A DNA stretch of 64,000 bases from an uncultured Holophaga sp. (GTDB lineage Bacteria > Acidobacteriota > Holophagae > Holophagales > Holophagaceae), in NCBI GenBank assembly GCA_963664825.1, contig OY761614.1, forward strand, positions 416,001 through 480,000. The letters run 5' to 3'. Positions 8,904 to 17,891 of the stretch are shown piece by piece; the first letter of the stretch is position 1; every line of letters begins with the position of its first letter. Made by a program: the position numbers and the translations under genes. The notes below the pieces were generated by a model. The model was not told the DNA's origin and did no database searches. It saw only the letters and a program-made list of their open reading frames with translations.

Positions 8904-11117
8904 ATGACTAGTTTAATAGTCCCTGCCCTACTATTCCTACTGGGTAGCAGCGCCCAGGCCCAGGACCCCTGGGGCTCCGTCCACCAAATGGTGGTCGACG
9001 TTCGTGCGCCGGAGGCCTTCAAATTGGTGGTCACGGATACTCGACTCAGCTTCGCCTGGTACGGTGAGCATCCTCTAGGAGCCGCGGATGGCCGAGAACT
9101 TCGCCAATTATCGGCCGAGAAGGGCAAGGCCGGAGAAGCCCTCACCAATATCATGAAAGGGCCAGGCTGGGCCCTTTTCGGTCCCTCAGATACGCGGCTA
9201 GCCGAAGGCGCTGGGCACCCCACACCCGAGGGAATACAGTCCCTCATGGAAGAAGCGGGATGGAAGCCGCTTCGGGAGGGATTGAAGGCTCACCTCCGCC
9301 TCCACCCAGACGATGGGCAGGCATGGATGGAGCTGGCCTTCGATCTCAGCCGCCAAGCATCCTCCGCCAAGATTTCCGGGACTCTCGCAAAGCCCCTTGG
9401 GGTAAGCCTTCGGAATGAACTCCTGCCCTGTCTCCAGAGAATCGCCGAAATCCCAAGCGCAGGAGATATCTGGCGCGAGCCGTATCCCCAGCCATTCGCG
9501 CTTATGCTGCTCTACCTCAAATTCACAGAGATGGACCAGGATCCGGAGCTGAAACAGTCCGCGAGACAACTCCAAGCCTCCATTCCTAAACTCATTGCCC
9601 AGGACCCCGAAGCGGAAGCACTCTGGCAGGTCCTGGATTGGACAAATAATCCAGAGGAAGCAGACTTCGGAATAGCGTCCAAACGAAACCTATTCGCCTC
9701 TCTCGAAGGTGTGCCGGGACACCCCTGGCCACCCCTCTTCCTCGCGAGCTATCTCAATAGCTTCTACATCTATCCTCTGAATCAGCTGGAAGAGGCCTAC
9801 CGGGTCGCCGAGGCGGCCATTGCCACCAGCCAGGCTCTCTGGATGACGGGCAGGCTGGGCCGGGCCCATGTCGTCCAAAATTTAGGTGCCTGGGGAACGG
9901 CCCAGTTTGATTCTCTTCTTCTCCAAGGCAAAGTCGAGGAGGCCATGACCCTTGCTTCCTCCCTGCGGACACAAGCAGGGAAAGGTTGGCCCGAAATTTC
10001 GACCCGACTCGGGAATAGCTTGGAGGACCATGTCCGCTACGAAGAGGAGCATAAGAGTAAAGGCGAGGTTCTCCAGCTAAACTCGCAACAACAAGAGACG
10101 CTCCGTAGGGCCCTCCATGAACCACCCACGGCCGACCCACCGGCACCGGAACACGCCCCCTTGCGCTTGGCTCTGTTGGAGAATGCCGCGGATCCCTTGG
10201 CCTGGGGGAGGCTTCAAATTCACCCAATCTTTGCGCCCTGGGGACCTGCAGAATTGAGCTGGCAGCCCCTCACAAAGCTCATGGCAACACGATTGCGCGA
10301 GCGCTATATCTGGCCTCAGGGCCAACGGTGGCTGCTACTGCAAAAGGACCAAGTTTTGGCTTCGGGGCCGGGTCTACCCAAGGCTGAGGTGCTCGAATCG
10401 ACTCTGCGCAGCCAAGGCGTGCCGGAATTGGAACAGCTGAGCGCCTTCATCAAGGCTCACCCCGAACGCCTAGACGCTCACCGCGCTAGGCTGGAACTCC
10501 TACGTCCCCGCCTACCCAATCCCGCCCTCGAGGGTCTATTCCTGGAGGACCTGGAAGTCACAGAAGAGCCCCCTGGCTCCCTACCCTTCGAACCCGATTT
10601 CGCAGTATGGGGTCCGGTGGCACGGCGCCTATGCACTCAAACCTCGGAACGGATCCGTCACTGGCCATTCAATGCCTCGGCCTGGGCATGCTACGCGAGC
10701 TGGTCCCTCCTTGATCCCCGGATTCAGAGACCCGCAGCCCTGCTATCTACCCTGGAAACATGGCCACATCAGAGGGGTCTGCGCGTACCAGGCCCAATTC
10801 CCTTGGTGGCCTCCAAGGCTGTCATGGGTGTGTTCCGGAGCCAGGAACGCCACCAGGACCTCGATGCTTGGATGCAGGTCCTTTGGGAGAGAGGCCTGAA
10901 GGCCTGGGTCACCCAGTGGGCCTCCCTTCCGCCTCTCGGGAAGAAGGCCGAGGGCGTTTCACTGGACCGTGCAGCTCTGGATGTGAAACAGATGTTGGCC
11001 GCCTGGGGGGATGCCCTCGCGAAACAGGGTCAAAAGGCCCGTCTAGCGGCCCTCCGGCAGGATCTTGAGAACATACGAAACGGGCTATCCGCCCTGTTAC
11101 AGGGATCTGCGAACTGA
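8904..11117 (+). CDS. Secreted hypothetical protein with an internal domain duplication
   Basis: 737-aa ORF with signal peptide (SAQA/Q); visibly more A/T-ending codons than its neighbours; two similar W-x-L...LA-x-G-x-G-x-P segments. Confidence 0.75.
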   Translation: MTSLIVPALLFLLGSSAQAQDPWGSVHQMVVDVRAPEAFKLVVTDTRLSFAWYGEHPLGAADGRELRQLSAEKGKAGEALTNIMKGPGWALFGPSDTRLAEGAGHPTPEGIQSLMEEAGWKPLREGLKAHLRLHPDDGQAWMELAFDLSRQASSAKISGTLAKPLGVSLRNELLPCLQRIAEIPSAGDIWREPYPQPFALMLLYLKFTEMDQDPELKQSARQLQASIPKLIAQDPEAEALWQVLDWTNNPEEADFGIASKRNLFASLEGVPGHPWPPLFLASYLNSFYIYPLNQLEEAYRVAEAAIATSQALWMTGRLGRAHVVQNLGAWGTAQFDSLLLQGKVEEAMTLASSLRTQAGKGWPEISTRLGNSLEDHVRYEEEHKSKGEVLQLNSQQQETLRRALHEPPTADPPAPEHAPLRLALLENAADPLAWGRLQIHPIFAPWGPAELSWQPLTKLMATRLRERYIWPQGQRWLLLQKDQVLASGPGLPKAEVLESTLRSQGVPELEQLSAFIKAHPERLDAHRARLELLRPRLPNPALEGLFLEDLEVTEEPPGSLPFEPDFAVWGPVARRLCTQTSERIRHWPFNASAWACYASWSLLDPRIQRPAALLSTLETWPHQRGLRVPGPIPLVASKAVMGVFRSQERHQDLDAWMQVLWERGLKAWVTQWASLPPLGKKAEGVSLDRAALDVKQMLAAWGDALAKQGQKARLAALRQDLENIRNGLSALLQGSAN

Positions 11118-11145
11118 TTTCTCGGCGATTGTCAGAGGCTGCGCC

Positions 11146-12375
11146 TTAGAGCAGGAGCCCGTAAAGCACAGGCACCAGTTCCTCGTAGGAGCCGCGCTTG
11201 TCGTGGACATGGATGGCCTGGAGTTCTTCCACCACACTCGGCAGGCTGGCATCCCGGCCATCGGCCACCAGGATGATCGGCGTCTCCAGCAGGAGACCGT
11301 GCTGCCTCAGGGCATCGAGGATCATCTGTCCGAAGTAGCCCCCGACCTTCATGTCCAGCAGAAGGAGATCGAAGCGGGTATCGGTGGCGAGGTGCTTGGC
11401 CTCCAGGAAGGAACCGGCCACCTGCACCTGCCGGAACCCGTCCTGATGGAGATCTGCGGCCAGGGCCGCCCGATCCTCCAGGTTGCCGGAGATGATCAGG
11501 ATCTTCCGAGAGACCTTGCGGAGCCGCATGGCCGGCGCGCAGGGACGGGCGGACTGCTCGGGTGCGGCAGGAACGCTGGGGGCCGGGGCCAGGATCACTT
11601 CGGAGGCCTTGGCGGCCACCGGCAGTTGGAGGGGCGCTCCCAGGCGGTCCCCGAGATCGGTCTTCCGCTTCTTCTTGGGAAAGGCCTGGCCGAAGGTGGT
11701 GGGGAAGCGCCGGGCCAGGATCCGCTCGATGTTCCGCTGATCGTGGGTCAGGAGATCCTCCAGCAGAAAGCCCGCGGAATCGCCCTCCTTCCCGTGGAGC
11801 ACGTGCGTCAGCACCGCCCGGCAGAGGATATCGGGCGTGTGGGGCAGGCCCTGGATGCACATCAGAGCAAAGGTGTCGCCGCGCTTCAGCTCAGGGGATT
11901 CCCCACCCGGACAGTCCAGCTCTTCGATGGCCATCCGGAGGCCCTGGAGGCTCAGATCCAGGAGCGTTCCCAGGAGGAGCCTCCCGATCACGAAGGTCTC
12001 GGCCAGGGTCTCGAGGGCGAAGACCTGGATCCCCGCCGAACGAGGGAAGGTGGCCCGGAAGCGCTCCCGCCGTTCCCCTTGGGTGATGCTGGTGGGAATC
12101 CGGAAGACCCCCGTGGAGACCACCTGGGTATTGGCGTTGAAACGCCGGGCATCCAGGAGAAAGGAGATGCAGAGCGCCTGCTCCACGGCCAGGGGGGGCG
12201 TGGTGGCAGTGACAAAGGCATTTCCGGAGATCCGCTCGATGGTGGTCTCGAAGGGGAGCGCGTCGGACTGGGGGAGCCACAGCTGGACCGGCGTCTTCAG
12301 GAGCACCAGCTCATCCAGATAGGCGCGGATCGTATCTCCGTCCCTCAGTTCGGCTTTAAGACCAAGATTGGACAC
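11146..12375 (-). CDS. PilZ-like domain plus C-terminal receiver (REC) domain protein
   Basis: RERFR (RxxxR) and DLSLQG (DxSxxG) c-di-GMP-binding motifs; C-terminal KILII...FDLLLLDM...PIILV...K receiver pattern; GTG start. Confidence 0.75.
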   Translation of the reverse strand: MSNLGLKAELRDGDTIRAYLDELVLLKTPVQLWLPQSDALPFETTIERISGNAFVTATTPPLAVEQALCISFLLDARRFNANTQVVSTGVFRIPTSITQGERRERFRATFPRSAGIQVFALETLAETFVIGRLLLGTLLDLSLQGLRMAIEELDCPGGESPELKRGDTFALMCIQGLPHTPDILCRAVLTHVLHGKEGDSAGFLLEDLLTHDQRNIERILARRFPTTFGQAFPKKKRKTDLGDRLGAPLQLPVAAKASEVILAPAPSVPAAPEQSARPCAPAMRLRKVSRKILIISGNLEDRAALAADLHQDGFRQVQVAGSFLEAKHLATDTRFDLLLLDMKVGGYFGQMILDALRQHGLLLETPIILVADGRDASLPSVVEELQAIHVHDKRGSYEELVPVLYGLLL

Positions 12376-12411
12376 GAGCTATCATCCCACGGATCCGCGG
12401 TGCGCCTTAGC

Positions 12412-13671
12412 TCAGCCCGCCGCGGAAATCGGCAGACTGGGGAGTTCCAGCACCTTTTCCACACGCTCTCGCGTCACGCGGAGCGTCCCCCTGCCCTTCC
12501 GCTCCTCGCTGGGCATATCGAACATGGGCTCCAGCAGAATCTGCTCAAGCATGGAGCGCAGGCCCCGGGCGCCCAGCTTGCGCGTCACCGCCTGGTCCGC
12601 GATGGCGTCCAGGGCGCCGGCCTCGAAGCTGAGATCGATCTCGTCCATATCGAAAAGCTTGGTGAATTGTTTGGTGACGGCGTTCTTGGGCTCGGTGAGG
12701 ATACGCACCAGGGACTCCCGATCCAGGGGATCCAGGGTGGCCACCACGGGCATGCGGCCCACCAATTCGGGAATGAGGCCGAACTTGATGATGTCCTCGG
12801 GTTCCACATGCTTGAGGAAGGCATCCTTGCTCATCTTGGAGGTCACCTTGGCGCCGAAGCCCACGGCCTTGGCCCGGATGCGCTGCTTGATGATCTCGTC
12901 GATGCCCACGAAGGCCCCGCCGCAGATGAAGAGGATGTTCGACGTGTCCACCTGGATGAACTCCTGGTGGGGGTGCTTGCGGCCGCCCTGGGGGGGCACA
13001 TTGGCCACGGTGCCTTCGATGAGCTTGAGGAGGGCCTGCTGCACGCCCTCGCCCGACACATCCCGGGTGATGCTTGGGTTCTCGCTCTTGCGGCCGATCT
13101 TGTCGATCTCATCGATGAAGACGATGCCCCGCTGGGCCCGTTCCACATCGTAATTGGCCACCTGGAGCAGCTTGGTGAGGATGTTCTCCACGTCCTCACC
13201 CACGTAGCCAGCTTCCGTCAGCGTCGTCGCGTCGGCCATGGCCAGAGGCACATCCAGGAAGCGGGCCAGGGTCTGGGCCAGCAGCGTCTTGCCCGTGCCC
13301 GTGGGCCCGATGAGGAGGATATTGCTCTTGGCCAGCTCCACCTCGGATTCAGGGGTGCCCAGGGCCTTCTGCACGGGCACCAGGATGCGCTTGTAGTGGT
13401 TGTAGACCGCCACGGCGAGACGCTTCTTGGCAGGCTCCTGGCCGATGACATAGTCGTCCAGGAAGGCCTTGATCTCCTTGGGCCGGGCCAGCTTAGGCGT
13501 ATGGGCTCCAGCCGTCTTGCCTTGGCGGCTCATGCGCAGCTGGAGCTGGCCGGCCTCGACACATTCATTGCAGATGAACGCTCCGGGGCCCGCCAGAAGC
13601 TGCTCGACTTCGTGCGGCGCCTTGCCACAAAAGGAGCACTTCTGATCCTTCTTGATCTGCTTGGTGGTCAT
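12412..13671 (-). CDS. clpX: ClpX ATPase
   Basis: C4 zinc finger (CSFC, CNEC), [38 protein letters not shown] loop. Confidence 0.98.
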   Translation of the reverse strand: MTTKQIKKDQKCSFCGKAPHEVEQLLAGPGAFICNECVEAGQLQLRMSRQGKTAGAHTPKLARPKEIKAFLDDYVIGQEPAKKRLAVAVYNHYKRILVPVQKALGTPESEVELAKSNILLIGPTGTGKTLLAQTLARFLDVPLAMADATTLTEAGYVGEDVENILTKLLQVANYDVERAQRGIVFIDEIDKIGRKSENPSITRDVSGEGVQQALLKLIEGTVANVPPQGGRKHPHQEFIQVDTSNILFICGGAFVGIDEIIKQRIRAKAVGFGAKVTSKMSKDAFLKHVEPEDIIKFGLIPELVGRMPVVATLDPLDRESLVRILTEPKNAVTKQFTKLFDMDEIDLSFEAGALDAIADQAVTRKLGARGLRSMLEQILLEPMFDMPSEERKGRGTLRVTRERVEKVLELPSLPISAAG

Positions 13672-13707
13672 GCTGGCGTCCCCCGGAGAGCCGGTCCCGT
13701 CGAAATT

Positions 13708-14175
13708 CTACTGCTGGTGGATGGTGACCAAGGCCAGGACTTCGAAGCGTTTGGTGCCCGCGGGGATGCGGATCTTGACCTCGTCGCCCTCCTTCAGGCC
13801 CACGAGGGCCGAACCGATGGGGCTGCTGATGCTGAGGTATTCGGTATTGGAATCCAGTTCCTCGGGGAGCACCAGCTTGTAGGTGACCTCCTTGTCGGAA
13901 TCCAGGTCCAAAAGGGTGATGCGGCTGCCGTAGGCGGCCTTGTCCTTGGGCAGACGGCCCACGTCCAGGCTGGCGATCTCGGTGATCCGCTTCTCCATGG
14001 CCACCAGCTTGGCCTGGAACATATCGCGTTTAGAAAGGGCCTGTTCGTACTCGGCGTTCTCCGAGAGGTCCCCCTGGGAGGCCGCGGCTGCGATTTCCCT
14101 TGGGATTTCCTCGAGAAGCGCGTGCTTCAGGGCTTTGTACTCGGCTTCAAGCTTGACAAGAACGTGCTTCGGCAT
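13708..14175 (-). CDS. greA: Transcription elongation factor GreA/GreB
   Basis: GDLSENAEY acidic tip and SISSPIGSALVG. Confidence 0.92.
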   Translation of the reverse strand: MPKHVLVKLEAEYKALKHALLEEIPREIAAAASQGDLSENAEYEQALSKRDMFQAKLVAMEKRITEIASLDVGRLPKDKAAYGSRITLLDLDSDKEVTYKLVLPEELDSNTEYLSISSPIGSALVGLKEGDEVKIRIPAGTKRFEVLALVTIHQQ

Positions 14176-14212
14176 GGCTAGTTCCGTGGGGTGGGCCCTC
14201 GGGCCGAGGGAT

Positions 14213-14243
14213 AAAAAAAGGTGCGCCTCGAGGGGCGAGGCGC
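14213..14243 (-). terminator. Intrinsic terminator upstream of greA (possible attenuator)
   Basis: 8-bp stem GCGCCTCG/CGAGGCGC with a 5-nt loop, followed by ACC-T7 on the minus strand. Confidence 0.75.
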
Positions 14244-14287
14244 GGAGGAGTCATGCTATCACCATTCCCCTGGAGAGAGGCAAGGCC

Positions 14288-14770
14288 CTACTCCGCCAAA
14301 GCCACCTCCACGGGGCGGGCCTCCACGAGACCCAGCAGCTCCCGGGGATCCAACCCCACCAGGAAGCCCCGGGAACCTCCGTTGATATAGATGCGGTCCA
14401 GCTCCAGGATGCCCCTTTCCACATAGACCGGCATGGCCCGCTTCAATCCGAAGGGGCTGGTGCCGCCCACCAGGTAGCCCGAATACCGATTGGCCGCTTC
14501 GGGCTTGCAGATATGGATGGCCTTGGCGCCGATCTGTCGGGCCAGGGCCTTGGTGCTGACCTCCCGGTCACCGTGCATGAGCACCACCAGCGGCCTGCCC
14601 CCTTCGTCTTCCATGATGAGGGTCTTCACCACCGCATGCTCGTCGACGCCCAATTCCCGGGCGGAAACGCCTGTGCCGCCGTGTTCCTCGTAACGGTAGA
14701 GATGCTCCGTGAAGGGGACCTCCCGCGCCTTCAGGAAGCGGATTGCGGGCGTCGAGGGAGCCTTGCTCAT
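14288..14770 (-). CDS. ybaK: Cys-tRNA(Pro) deacylase, YbaK/EbsC family
   Basis: STPAIRFL, VVKTLI, SGYLVGGTSPFG, INGGSRG; GGAGG RBS upstream of ATG 14770. Confidence 0.92.
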   Translation of the reverse strand: MSKAPSTPAIRFLKAREVPFTEHLYRYEEHGGTGVSARELGVDEHAVVKTLIMEDEGGRPLVVLMHGDREVSTKALARQIGAKAIHICKPEAANRYSGYLVGGTSPFGLKRAMPVYVERGILELDRIYINGGSRGFLVGLDPRELLGLVEARPVEVALAE

Positions 14771-14895
14771 GGGAGACCTCCAGGCGAAACCAGGACAGTG
14801 TCCCACCCAATTATCGGCCAACCCGGGCGCCAGGGATCACCCCCGCCGGAGTACGCGCATCCGAGCGGTTAGGATCAAGCAAAGGATCCTCCAGA

Positions 14896-15795
14896 ATGAC
14901 GCCACGCCCCCCTCGAAGCCTCCTGCGTATCGCGCGAAGGCAGACGGTGCGCCTCCTGAGATCCTCCGTGGAACCCGATGAGATCGAGAAGACTCTGCGG
15001 AAGACCGTCCACAGGACACTGGATCTCATCCCCCTGGATACTCGGCTGCTCATGAAGCACCACCAGCGCAACAAGCGACTCAACCGCCAGCTTGCATGGT
15101 CCCTGGCCTTCATCGCGGGGGCAGTCAACGCGGGCGGATTCATGGCGGTCAAGACCTACACTTCCCATGTGAGCGGGGCCATCTCCCGGGCTGCCGACGA
15201 ATTCGCCATCGGCAACCGGACCCTCGCACTGGGCGCAATCAGCACGGTGGGGTGCTTTGCCGCCGGGGCCTTCTTCACCTCCATGCTCATCAGCTTCGGG
15301 CGCCGCCACCGCTTCCGCAGCCATTACGCCCTGAGCCTCGCCCTCGAAGCCGGACTGATGATGGTGCTGGGCGTGATGAGCCGTGAGCTCCACCAGATGC
15401 ACCACCTTGCGTTGCCCCTCACGGTGGTGATGCTGGCCTTCCTCATGGGGATGCACAATTCCGTGGTGACCACCATTTCCAGCGCCGAGGTGCGCACCAC
15501 CCACATGACGGGCATCGCCACCGATATCGGGCTGGAACTGGGGCGCCTCTTCTACTTCAACCGGGACCGCCATCGGAAAATGAAGGAGATCAGGGCCAAT
15601 CGAGATCGCCTCAAGCTGCACGGACTGATCCTGGCCGCCTTCTTCGTGGGTGGGCTGGTGGGAGCCGTGGGTTTCCAGCACATGGGCTACAGGATCGTGT
15701 TCTTGCTTTCGGCCTTCCTCCTGCTGCTGGCGTTCCAACCCATTCTCTATGACCTACGCGTCCGGAGGCGGCTCCTGCGGCAAACGGCCTCCTGA
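14896..15795 (+). CDS. YoaK/DUF1275 family membrane protein (start uncertain)
   Basis: LAFIAGAVNAGGF, YTSHVSG, MGMHN, VRTTHMTG...TDIG, FFVGGLVGA. Confidence 0.85.
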   Translation: MTPRPPRSLLRIARRQTVRLLRSSVEPDEIEKTLRKTVHRTLDLIPLDTRLLMKHHQRNKRLNRQLAWSLAFIAGAVNAGGFMAVKTYTSHVSGAISRAADEFAIGNRTLALGAISTVGCFAAGAFFTSMLISFGRRHRFRSHYALSLALEAGLMMVLGVMSRELHQMHHLALPLTVVMLAFLMGMHNSVVTTISSAEVRTTHMTGIATDIGLELGRLFYFNRDRHRKMKEIRANRDRLKLHGLILAAFFVGGLVGAVGFQHMGYRIVFLLSAFLLLLAFQPILYDLRVRRRLLRQTAS

Positions 15796-15947
15796 TCCCC
15801 TTCACTCCGCGGCCCACCGGGGCCTGGGTGCCGGAAGTGGCGTTCCTGGCTATACTGGGACTGAAATGAGTCCTACCAGTTAAGGATAATTGATTTGGAT
15901 CTCCGCCCTCTGGCTCATTCGGGGTCGGCCTTCCAACGGGAGTCCGA

Positions 15948-17891
15948 ATGTGGGCGGTACTGCTAATCCTCGCGGCCATGGGATGTTGGGTCAGCGCGTC
16001 GCTACTGGCCCTGACCGGGTCCGATGACCGCTTCCACATCGGAATGGGCCTGCTGGGCTCCCTGCTGGCCTGCGGGGGGGCCCTGTCCGTGCTCCTGGGA
16101 GCGCAGGTCTCCACCCTGACCTTCCCCTTCTGGGGCCTCCCGGCGCATCTCCAGGTGGACGCGCTTTCCGCGGCCTTCCTCCTGCCCCTTCATCTGGTGG
16201 CCGGGGCAAGCGCCATCTATGCCAAGGCCTACTGGCCCGCCATTACGCCCAAGACGGGCCGCCAGATGCGCTTCTTCTTCGGCCTCCTGGTGGCGGCCAT
16301 GACCCTGGTCTTCACGGCCCGCCAGGGCCTCCTCTTCCTCATGGCCTGGGAAGCCATGGCCATGGCGGCCATGTTCCTGGTGGGCACCGATCACGAAAGG
16401 CCCGAAGTCCTGCGGGGCACCTGGGTCTATCTCATCTGCACCCATACCGGGACGCTGATGCTGATGGCCATGGTGGTACTCCTGGCCCAGCGGCTGGGCG
16501 GCTACGGATGGATGCCCTTCCAGGGTGCCCCGGCCCCCCTCCTAGATGGCCTGATCCTGACGCTGGCCCTCCTGGGTTTCGGCTTCAAGGCGGGCCTCGT
16601 GCCGCTGCACTTCTGGCTCCCGGCGGCCCATGCCGGTGCTCCCAGCCATGTCTCGGCCATCCTCTCGGCGGTCATGCTCAAGGCGGGCGTCTACGGCATC
16701 CTCCGCATCTCCAGCCTGCTGCCTCCCGTCCCTAATCTGGGCGGCCTGGTCATGGGGCTCGGGGTCCTCACGGCCCTCTTCGGGGTGGGGTGCGCCCTGG
16801 CCCAGCGGGACTACAAGCGCCTGCTGGCCTATTCCAGCATCGAAAATATCGGCGTCATCCTCATGGGCGTGGGACTGGGCTGGGCGGGGCGCTCCCTGCA
16901 CAATCCCTGGCTGGCCGCCCTGGGCTTCGGTGGTGCGATCCTCCACGTTTGGAACCACGCGGCCTTCAAGAGCCTCCTCTTCTTCGGCGCGGGCTCCGTG
17001 CTCCAGGCGACAGAAACCCGGGACATGGAGGCCCTGGGAGGCCTGGCCCAGCGGATGCCCCGGACGGCCCTGCTCATCTTCCCCGGCATCCTGGCCGTCT
17101 CCGCCCTGCCCCCCTTCAATGGCTTCCTGAGCGAGTGGTGCCTCTACCGAGGCTTTTTCGCCTCCCTGATGAATGGCGGTTCCTGGACGGCGGGGCTCGC
17201 CCTCTCGGGCCTGGCCCTCACGGGAGGCCTGGCGGCCGTGGTCTTCGCCAAGTGCTTCGGGTTCATCTTCCTGGGCGTGCCCCGCAGCGCTGCGGCCGCA
17301 GAGGCCCATGATCCCGGCGCCTGGATGTGGGGGCCCATGGCCTTCCTGGCCCTCCTTTGCCTGGCCCTCTCCCTGGGCAGCGTCCTGCTCCTGCCCCTCC
17401 TGGACCGGGTCCTGGCCGTGCTCGCTCCCGGCAATGGCCCCATGCTGGCCACCGGCCTCGGCCGGGACATGGCCCTCATGGCCTCCATGGCCCTGCTCCT
17501 CCTGGTCCTGGGGGCGGGATGTGCCCTCTGGCTCCGGCGGCGCCCGGCCCCTTCGGTGCCCACCTGGGATTGCGGCTATGCCCGGCCGAATGCCCGGATG
17601 CAGTACACCGCCACCTCCTTCTCGGATGGCTGGGCGGCCCTCGTGCCGGGGATGAAGTCCCGGATCCGGCGAATCCAACAGCTCTTCCCCGGCCCCATCT
17701 CCTTCCATTCCCAATTCCAGGATCCCATTGGGGAGGGTTTCTTCGCCGAGCGCACGGAGCGGCTGACCCTGCGCCTCCAGGGCTTCCGGCGCCTCCAGCA
17801 CGGGCAGCTGCCCATCTACCTGCTCTACATCCTGGGCACGCTGGTGGCGGGCTTCCTGTGGATGCTCCTCCGCCCCCGGCTGCTGGGATGA
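15948..17891 (+). CDS. hyfB: Hydrogenase-4 component B-like (MrpD/NuoL-type antiporter-like) membrane subunit, copy 1
   Basis: FLMAWE, GFKAGLVPLHFWLPAAH...APSHVSA, KRLLAYSSIENIG, LPPFNGFLSEW, TWDCGY, MQYTATSF. Confidence 0.88.
   Translation: MWAVLLILAAMGCWVSASLLALTGSDDRFHIGMGLLGSLLACGGALSVLLGAQVSTLTFPFWGLPAHLQVDALSAAFLLPLHLVAGASAIYAKAYWPAITPKTGRQMRFFFGLLVAAMTLVFTARQGLLFLMAWEAMAMAAMFLVGTDHERPEVLRGTWVYLICTHTGTLMLMAMVVLLAQRLGGYGWMPFQGAPAPLLDGLILTLALLGFGFKAGLVPLHFWLPAAHAGAPSHVSAILSAVMLKAGVYGILRISSLLPPVPNLGGLVMGLGVLTALFGVGCALAQRDYKRLLAYSSIENIGVILMGVGLGWAGRSLHNPWLAALGFGGAILHVWNHAAFKSLLFFGAGSVLQATETRDMEALGGLAQRMPRTALLIFPGILAVSALPPFNGFLSEWCLYRGFFASLMNGGSWTAGLALSGLALTGGLAAVVFAKCFGFIFLGVPRSAAAAEAHDPGAWMWGPMAFLALLCLALSLGSVLLLPLLDRVLAVLAPGNGPMLATGLGRDMALMASMALLLLVLGAGCALWLRRRPAPSVPTWDCGYARPNARMQYTATSFSDGWAALVPGMKSRIRRIQQLFPGPISFHSQFQDPIGEGFFAERTERLTLRLQGFRRLQHGQLPIYLLYILGTLVAGFLWMLLRPRLLG

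Noticed and set aside
11065..14181. 1038-aa plus-strand ORF (and similar long ORFs such as 40213-43398 and 1707-3257)
   Set aside because: Antisense shadows of real genes in high-GC DNA; no recognisable motifs.
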